Assembly: GCA_965279525.1 (NCBI GenBank)
Contig: CBDIIB010000005.1
Location: 363,998-427,997, forward strand
Origin: Tagaea sp.
Lineage (GTDB): Bacteria > Pseudomonadota > Alphaproteobacteria > CACIAM-22H2
Direction: 5' to 3'
Length of the DNA: 64,000 nucleotides
Shown here: positions 58,928 to 64,000 of the stretch, piece after piece
How positions within the stretch are numbered: the stretch's first letter is position 1
Layout: each line of letters opens with the position of its first letter
Program-made: the position numbers and the translations under genes
Notes under the pieces: model-generated
Seen by the model: the letters and a program-made list of their open reading frames with translations, nothing else
What the model was told of the DNA's origin: nothing
Database searches by the model: none

Positions 58928-60597
58928 GCCGGCACCGTCGCGGCGGCCGTGCGGCGCACCTGTGCCACATGGAAGCGCGGCGTGACGAAACCTGCGTCGG
59001 TCAGCGAGGCGTTGGCCGCCGGGTTGCAGCCCGTCGCGTGATAGTCGCTGAACGCGGCCGACTGGTTGACGAACACGCCGCCGGTCAGGTTCTCCGACAG
59101 CGCCACGCCGGCATCGGCCGCGCGCTCCTCGGCCGCGGCGAGGAACGCCGCGTCGGTCGAATAGACGGCGGCCGTGATGGCCCCCTTCTTCGCGATGCTG
59201 CCGAACGCGGCGTCGAGGGCGCGCATCGGATCGGCCGACGTGACGAGATAGGCGACCGGCCCGAACATCTCCTGCCCGTAGATCGCGCTCTGGCTTTCGT
59301 CGAGAGCGACGACCAGCGGCGTGCGCACGGTGGCGTCCGCGAAATTGGGATGCGCCATCGCGGCACTGGCGCGCACGACCTTGCCCTGGCGGGCCGCCAT
59401 CTCGATGCGCCCGAGCGTCGCCTGGTTCTGGATGGCGCCCAGCACTTCGGCCGCACGTGCGGGATCGCCGAGAAGCTTGTCGATGGCGAGGCCAAGCTGC
59501 GCGCCGAAATCGGCGGACGACATAACGTGCCGTCGGGCGTCTTCACGCCGGTGGCCGGCACGAAGATGTTCTGAGGCGTGGTGCACATCTGGCCCGAATA
59601 GAGGCTGAGCGAGAAGGCGAGGTTCTGGAACATGCCCTTCGCGTTGTCGGTACTTTCCACGATCGACGGCGTTGGTCCCCGCCTTCTCGGCGAAGATCGT
59701 CGCGTGGCCCGCGTTCTTCGACAGCCAGTCGCCGAAATCCGACCCGCCGGTATAGTCGATGATCGCGAGCTCCGGGCGCTTCGCCAGCGTCTGGGCCAGC
59801 GGCGCATATATGCCGTCGGCCATCAGCTGCACGGCATCGGGATCGAGGCCGGCTTCGGTAAGCACCGTGCGCGCGACACGCACGGTCATCGCGAGCGGCA
59901 GCGTGGCGGCCGGGTGCGGCTTCACCAGCGTGGGATTGCCGGTGGCGAGGTTGGCGAAGATCGCGGGATACGTGTTCCAGGTCGGGAACGTGGCGCAGCC
60001 GATGGCAAGGGCGATGCCCTTGGGCACGATGCGGTAGTCCTTGTCGAGGACGAGCGGCGGGTTCTTGCCCTGCGGCTTTTCCCAGCGCGCGTGCGCGGGG
60101 ACGCGCGACATTTCGCGCCACGCGGTCGCGACGGCTTCAAGCCCGCGGTCCTGCGCATGCGGGCCGCCGGCCTGGAAGGCCATCACGAAGCCCTGCCCGG
60201 TCGTGTGCATGACTGCGTAGGCGATCTCGAACGACATCCTGTTGAGGCGCGCGAGGATCTCGAGGCACACGCCGACTCGCGTCTCGGTGCCCGCCTTGCG
60301 CAGGCTCGTGCGCGCATGCGCGGCGTTGCGGAATGCCGTTTCGATGTCGAGGCGCGGATAGGCGATCTTGAGGTCGAAGCCGTAGGGCGAGCGTTCGCCG
60401 CCGACCGTGCCGCTGGCGACCTGGTCAAGCGCGAAGGGCTGGCCGAGCTGGGCTTCGAACGCCTTCTTCGCGTCGTCGTTGGCGGTCTCGCCATAGATCT
60501 TGCCCGACGGCGCTTCCGGATAGGCCGACCAGTAGCCGCGCGCGTCGATGGCGGCGACGGCGGCATCGAGCGTGGCGCGATGGCGTTCGAAAAACAT
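58924..60597 (-). CDS. paaN: Phenylacetic acid degradation ring-opening aldehyde dehydrogenase PaaN. ORF open, but a ~139-nt internal segment including the catalytic Cys motif is read out of frame.
   Basis: N- and C-terminal thirds match PaaN/BoxD-type ALDH. The conserved [36 protein letters not shown] appears only in the -1 frame (ORF 59085-59807) between ~59525 and ~59663. Confidence 0.7.
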   Translation of the reverse strand: MFFERHRATLDAAVAAIDARGYWSAYPEAPSGKIYGETANDDAKKAFEAQLGQPFALDQVASGTVGGERSPYGFDLKIAYPRLDIETAFRNAAHARTSLRKAGTETRVGVCLEILARLNRMSFEIAYAVMHTTGQGFVMAFQAGGPHAQDRGLEAVATAWREMSRVPAHARWEKPQGKNPPLVLDKDYRIVPKGIALAIGCATFPTWNTYPAIFANLATGNPTLVKPHPAATLPLAMTVRVARTVLTEAGLDPDAVQLMADGIYAPLAQTLAKRPELAIIDYTGGSDFGDWLSKNAGHATIFAEKAGTNAVDRGKYRQREGHVPEPRLLAQPLFGPDVHHASEHLRAGHRREDARRHVMSSADFGAQLGLAIDKLLGDPARAAEVLGAIQNQATLGRIEMAARQGKVVRASAAMAHPNFADATVRTPLVVALDESQSAIYGQEMFGPVAYLVTSADPMRALDAAFGSIAKKGAITAAVYSTDAAFLAAAEERAADAGVALSENLTGGVFVNQSAAFSDYHATGCNPAANASLTDAGFVTPRFHVAQVRRTAAATVPA

Positions 60598-60673
60598 GCG
60601 CGTGGGTCCTTCAGGCTGGCCGTTCCGGCCGTCAGACTTAGCGCGAAATCAAGGGCTCCGGAAACCCCATTCG

Positions 60674-60689
60674 CTGACCGCCCGGTCAG
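60674..60689. promoter_or_regulatory. 16-bp palindrome CTGACCGCCCGGTCAG in the divergent paaN / paaG intergenic region. Candidate paa repressor operator.
   Basis: Read directly, centred ~75 nt upstream of the paaG ATG. Confidence 0.4.
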
Positions 60690-60754
60690 AGAACGGGGTT
60701 GCGGCATGCGCGGCGTCTTGGCATGGTCGAAGGCCACGGGGGAAACCGATCACG

Positions 60755-61534
60755 ATGGCCACCACGACGATCCGCACGGCGCTCGAGGACGGGGTCGCGA
60801 CCATAGCACTCGACCGTCCCGACAAGCTCAACGCCTTCGTGCCCGAGATGCACGCCGAACTGCGCGCGGCCCTCGAAGCCGCACCCGCATCAGGGGCGCG
60901 CGCGGTGTTCCTGACCGGCGAGGGGCGCGGCTTCTGCGCCGGCCAGGATCTGGGCCAGCGCAAGGCCGGCGACACGCCCGACCTGTCGGAGACGCTCGAG
61001 CGGCTCTACAACCCGCTGATCCGCACGATCCGCGACCTGCCGCTGCCTGTCGTGTGCGCGGTCAACGGTGTCGCCGCCGGAGCGGGCATGTCGCTCGCAC
61101 TTGCCTGCGACATCGTCTTTGCCGCGCGCTCGGCCAGCTTCATCCAGGCTTTCGTCAAGATCGGCCTTGCGCCCGACAGCGGCTCGACCTGGTTTTTGCC
61201 GCGCCTTGCCGGCAACGCGCGCGCCAAGGGGCTCGCACTGCTGGGCGAGAAGATCACGGCCCAGCAGGCGTACGACTGGGGCCTGATCTGGAAGGTCTGC
61301 GACGACGAGCGCGTCAAGGACGAAGCCCTCGGGCTTGCCCGCCATCTCGCCACGCAGCCGACCAAGGCGCTCGCGGCGATCAAGCGCGCGATCGACACCG
61401 GCATGGACCGCACGCTCGACGCCCAGCTCGACTACGAGCGCCACATCCAGGGCGAGCTTGGCCGCACGGCGGATTATCGCGAGGGCGTGGCGGCCTTCTT
61501 CGAGAAGCGCAAGCCGCGCTTCGGGGGCAACTGA
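60755..61534 (+). CDS. paaG: 1,2-epoxyphenylacetyl-CoA isomerase (enoyl-CoA hydratase family)
   Basis: 259 aa crotonase fold (FLTGEGRGFCAGQDL...CAVNGVAAGAGMSLALACDI). Start at MATTTIRT. Confidence 0.8.
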   Translation: MATTTIRTALEDGVATIALDRPDKLNAFVPEMHAELRAALEAAPASGARAVFLTGEGRGFCAGQDLGQRKAGDTPDLSETLERLYNPLIRTIRDLPLPVVCAVNGVAAGAGMSLALACDIVFAARSASFIQAFVKIGLAPDSGSTWFLPRLAGNARAKGLALLGEKITAQQAYDWGLIWKVCDDERVKDEALGLARHLATQPTKALAAIKRAIDTGMDRTLDAQLDYERHIQGELGRTADYREGVAAFFEKRKPRFGGN

Positions 61535-61535
61535 G

Positions 61536-63050
61536 ATGGCCGCGATCCAGCCCGACCGCACCGTCGGCATCGTGGGTGCCGGCGCCATGGGCACCGGCAT
61601 CGCGCAGATCGCCGCGAGTGCCGGCCACCGCGTGCGGCTCTACGACATGCGCGAGGGGGCGGTCGATACGGCCATCGCAAACCTGTCGAAGACGCTGGAT
61701 ACGCTCGTCTCCAAGGGCAAGCTTGCCGCCGACAAGGCCGACCTGATCCGCGGGCGGCTGGAGCCGGCCGAATCGCTCGGCGATTTCGACGTCTGCGCGC
61801 TGGTCGTGGAAGCCATCGCCGAGGAAGTCGAGGCCAAGCGCAAGCTCTTCGCCGACCTCGAAGGTGTCGTGGGCGCCGACTGCATCCTTGCGAGCAACAC
61901 CTCGTCGCTGTCGATCTCGGCCATCGCGCGCGGCCTTGCCAGCCCCGAGCGCGTGGCCGGATTCCATTTCTTCAATCCGGCTCCCGTCATGGCGCTGGTC
62001 GAGATCGTGTCGGGCCTTTCGACCTCGCACGACGTGGCGGCCACGCTGTTCGACACCGCGACCGCGTGGGGCAAGTCGCCCGTGCATGCGGCCTCCACGC
62101 CGGGCTTCGTCGTCAACCGCTGTGCGCGCCCGTTCTATGCCGAAGCGCTGCGCCTGCTGACCGAGCGCGCGGCCGATGCCGCCACCATCGATGCGGTGAT
62201 GCGCGATGCCGGCGGCTTCCGCATGGGGCCGTGCGAACTGATGGACCTGATCGGCCACGACGTGAACTTCGCCGTGACCAATTCGGTGTTCGACGCCTAT
62301 TTCAAGGACCCGCGCTATCTGCCCTCGGTCCTGCAGGCCGAGATGGTCGCGGCCGGAAGGCTGGGGCGCAAGAGCGGGCGCGGCTTCTTCGGCTATGGCG
62401 CACAAGCCGACAAGCCCTACCCCTCGACCGAACCGGTGGGCACGCGGCCGGCACAGGTAATCGTCGAGGGCGAACTCGATTTCCTCGAACCGCTGGTCGC
62501 GCGCGCCAAGGACGTGGAACTCGCCGTCCATCGCCGCCCCGCAGGCGCGCGGGGGCCTTCGCTGCTGGTCGACGGCGTGGCGCTGCGCCTGACCGACGGG
62601 CGCACGGCGACGGTGCGCGCCCGGCAGACGGGCGAGCATGCGCTGGTGCTGCATGATCTCGCCCTCGACTACACGGGCTGCACGCGCATCGCGGTTTCGG
62701 TCGCCGACCAGGCGACGGGCCAGGCCGCCGCGGTCGCGACCGGCTTCTTCCAGGCGTGCGGCATCGCGGTGTCGCTGATCGACGATGCGCCCGGCCTCAT
62801 CGTCATGCGCACCTTCGCCATGCTGGTCAACGAGGCGCTCGAGGCCGTGCAGCAGGGCGTGGTCACGGCCGAGGGCGTCGACATCGCGATGACCAAGGGC
62901 GTCAACTATCCCAAGGGGCCGTTCGCGTGGGGCCGCGAGATCGGCCTGCCGACGGTCAAGACCGTGCTCGACAATCTGGCGGCCCACTATGGCGAGGACC
63001 GCTACCGCGCGTCGCCGCGCCTCAACCGGCTGGTCGCGCGGGAACGATGA
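61536..63050 (+). CDS. paaH: 3-hydroxyadipyl-CoA dehydrogenase (long-form 3-hydroxyacyl-CoA dehydrogenase)
   Basis: 504 aa. N-terminal Rossmann GIVGAGAMGTGIAQ. HFFNPAPVM. Extra C-terminal domain. Start at MAAIQPDRT 2 nt after the paaG stop. Confidence 0.8.
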   Translation: MAAIQPDRTVGIVGAGAMGTGIAQIAASAGHRVRLYDMREGAVDTAIANLSKTLDTLVSKGKLAADKADLIRGRLEPAESLGDFDVCALVVEAIAEEVEAKRKLFADLEGVVGADCILASNTSSLSISAIARGLASPERVAGFHFFNPAPVMALVEIVSGLSTSHDVAATLFDTATAWGKSPVHAASTPGFVVNRCARPFYAEALRLLTERAADAATIDAVMRDAGGFRMGPCELMDLIGHDVNFAVTNSVFDAYFKDPRYLPSVLQAEMVAAGRLGRKSGRGFFGYGAQADKPYPSTEPVGTRPAQVIVEGELDFLEPLVARAKDVELAVHRRPAGARGPSLLVDGVALRLTDGRTATVRARQTGEHALVLHDLALDYTGCTRIAVSVADQATGQAAAVATGFFQACGIAVSLIDDAPGLIVMRTFAMLVNEALEAVQQGVVTAEGVDIAMTKGVNYPKGPFAWGREIGLPTVKTVLDNLAAHYGEDRYRASPRLNRLVARER

Positions 63051-63505
63051 GCGCGCGCTCCAAGGACGCGCTCGCCGCGAAGGCCGCCGATGCGATGTGG
63101 GCGCAGGACCGCGCGTCGAAGCATCTCGGCATGGAGCTGGTCTCGGCCACATCGGGCAAGGCCGTCATGCGCATGAAGGTGGTGCCTGAGTTCTGCAACG
63201 GCCACGGCACGTGCCATGGCGGCTTCATCTTCTCGCTGGCGGATTCCACGTTCGCGTTCGCGTGCAACAGCCACAACAAGGTGACGGTCGCCAACAACTG
63301 CGCGATCACGTTCGTGGCACCTGCGTTCGAGGGCGACGTGCTGACCGCAAGTGCGGTCGAGGTGCATCGCGGCGGCCGCTCGGGCGTGACGGAAGTCGAG
63401 GTGCGCGGGCAAGACGGCGGGCTCGTCGCCCTGTTCCGCGGCCATTCGACCCAGATCAAGGGCGAGCTCGTGCCGGGACTGACATCAGAGGAACCGCACA
63501 AATGA
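63047..63505 (+). CDS. paaI: Hydroxyphenylacetyl-CoA thioesterase PaaI (hotdog fold)
   Basis: 152 aa. NGHGTCHGGFIFSLADSTFAFACNS hotdog thioesterase motif. ATGA overlap with the paaH stop. Confidence 0.8.
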   Translation: MSARSKDALAAKAADAMWAQDRASKHLGMELVSATSGKAVMRMKVVPEFCNGHGTCHGGFIFSLADSTFAFACNSHNKVTVANNCAITFVAPAFEGDVLTASAVEVHRGGRSGVTEVEVRGQDGGLVALFRGHSTQIKGELVPGLTSEEPHK

Positions 63506-64000
63506 AAGACGCCTTCATCGTCGACGCGATCCGCACGCCGGTCGGCCGCTATGGCGGCGCGCTTTCGGGCGTGCGCACCGACGATCTCGCCGCCATCCCG
63601 CTCCGCGAACTCGTGAAGCGCAACGCGGGCGTGGATTTCGCCGCCGTGGACGACGTCGTGTTCGGCTGCGCCAACCAGGCGGGCGAGGACAACCGCAACG
63701 TCGCGCGCATGGCGCTGCTGCTGGCGGGGCTTCCCGTGGGCGTGTCGGGCACGACGATCAACCGGCTGTGCGGCTCGGGTCTGGATGCGCTTGCCATGGC
63801 CGCGCGCGCGATCCGCACCGGCGAATGCGACCTGATGATCGCGGGTGGCGTGGAAAGCATGAGCCGCGCGCCCTTCGTGATGGGCAAAGCGGAGACCGCT
63901 TTCAGCCGCGATGCCGCGATCTACGACACGACCATCGGCTGGCGCTTCGTCAATGCGCTGATGAAGCAGATGCACGGCATCGATTCGATGCCCGAGACGG
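63502..64000 (+). CDS. paaJ: 3-oxoadipyl-CoA thiolase PaaJ (N-terminal part. Runs past the window end.)
   Basis: MKDAFIVDAIRTPVGRYGGALS...NRLCGSGLDA thiolase N-terminus with active-site Cys. ATGA overlap with the paaI stop. Confidence 0.8.
   Translation, partial: MKDAFIVDAIRTPVGRYGGALSGVRTDDLAAIPLRELVKRNAGVDFAAVDDVVFGCANQAGEDNRNVARMALLLAGLPVGVSGTTINRLCGSGLDALAMAARAIRTGECDLMIAGGVESMSRAPFVMGKAETAFSRDAAIYDTTIGWRFVNALMKQMHGIDSMPET

Noticed and set aside
1-64000. Searched for rRNA, tRNA, CRISPR arrays, transposases/IS elements, integrase-flanked islands and toxin-antitoxin pairs
   Set aside because: None seen. The only recombinase is chromosomal xerD. No direct-repeat/spacer periodicity. Non-coding gaps are short and lack tRNA-like cloverleaf-forming sequences.

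Overview
This is a high-GC (about 65-70%) bacterial chromosomal segment. Gene content points to an alphaproteobacterium: XerD-AroK-AroB synteny, cobS-cobT next to a J-domain gene, and TctABC tripartite transporters. Inferred starts were checked against the ORF track and adjusted to convincing N-termini, ribosome-binding sites and start/stop overlaps. I annotate about 65 protein-coding genes, in order along the window:

- 1-4.2 kb: housekeeping genes: a CBS protein, a CorC/HlyC transporter, aroB and aroK on the minus strand.
- 4.3-9.2 kb: a secreted Ala-rich protein, xerD, and a malate synthase A (aceB) carrying an unusual ~130-aa Lys/Ala/Pro-repeat N-terminal extension.
- 9.2-10.6 kb: a ~1.3-kb low-GC islet holding one secreted protein gene. 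It is bracketed by copies of a CCGGGACAAGCCCGG hairpin and contains several strong inverted repeats.
- 10.6-14.7 kb: a DUF1223 protein, a CitE/HpcH-family CoA-ester lyase, accA, meaB and rpmB.
- 14.8-24.7 kb: a chemoreceptor, a Tat-secreted phytase-like protein, a dienelactone hydrolase, a 5'-nucleotidase, cobT, cobS and a J-domain protein.
- 24.7-42.2 kb: the main feature. Nineteen tightly packed, largely translationally coupled minus-strand genes sit under a divergent GntR regulator with a perfect GTCTTATATAAGAC operator palindrome. The array has three gene groups:
  - A SuyA/SuyB-like split UxaA dehydratase, a TauE sulfite exporter, a NitT/TauT ABC importer, and a ComC-like Ldh2 dehydrogenase paired with a 2-hydroxyacid dehydrogenase.
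  - A complete but split complex-II-like set: SdhB/C/D-like genes at 39.3-40.7 kb and an FrdA/SdhA-like flavoprotein at 31.4-33.2 kb.
  - A class-I fumarase-like Fe-S hydro-lyase, an enolase-superfamily dehydratase, a TPP enzyme, and an acyl-CoA dehydrogenase / CoA-transferase / double-hotdog hydratase trio.
  - I read this as a candidate, apparently undescribed, catabolic system for a sulfonated C3/C4 organic acid.
- 43.1-51.8 kb: a cyclase-homology-domain-like orphan protein, TctE/TctD-like two-component genes, TctC, TctA-TctB-TctC, and a pentapeptide-repeat protein.
- 51.9-58.2 kb: DUF4197, a gamma-glutamyltransferase (GGT), DUF4126 and a stomatin/NfeD operon.
- 58.3-64.0 kb: a phenylacetate catabolic cluster, paaY and paaN on the minus strand, paaG-H-I-J on the plus strand. 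The catalytic-cysteine segment of paaN is out of frame through two compensating indels.

I saw no rRNA, tRNA, CRISPR or transposase.
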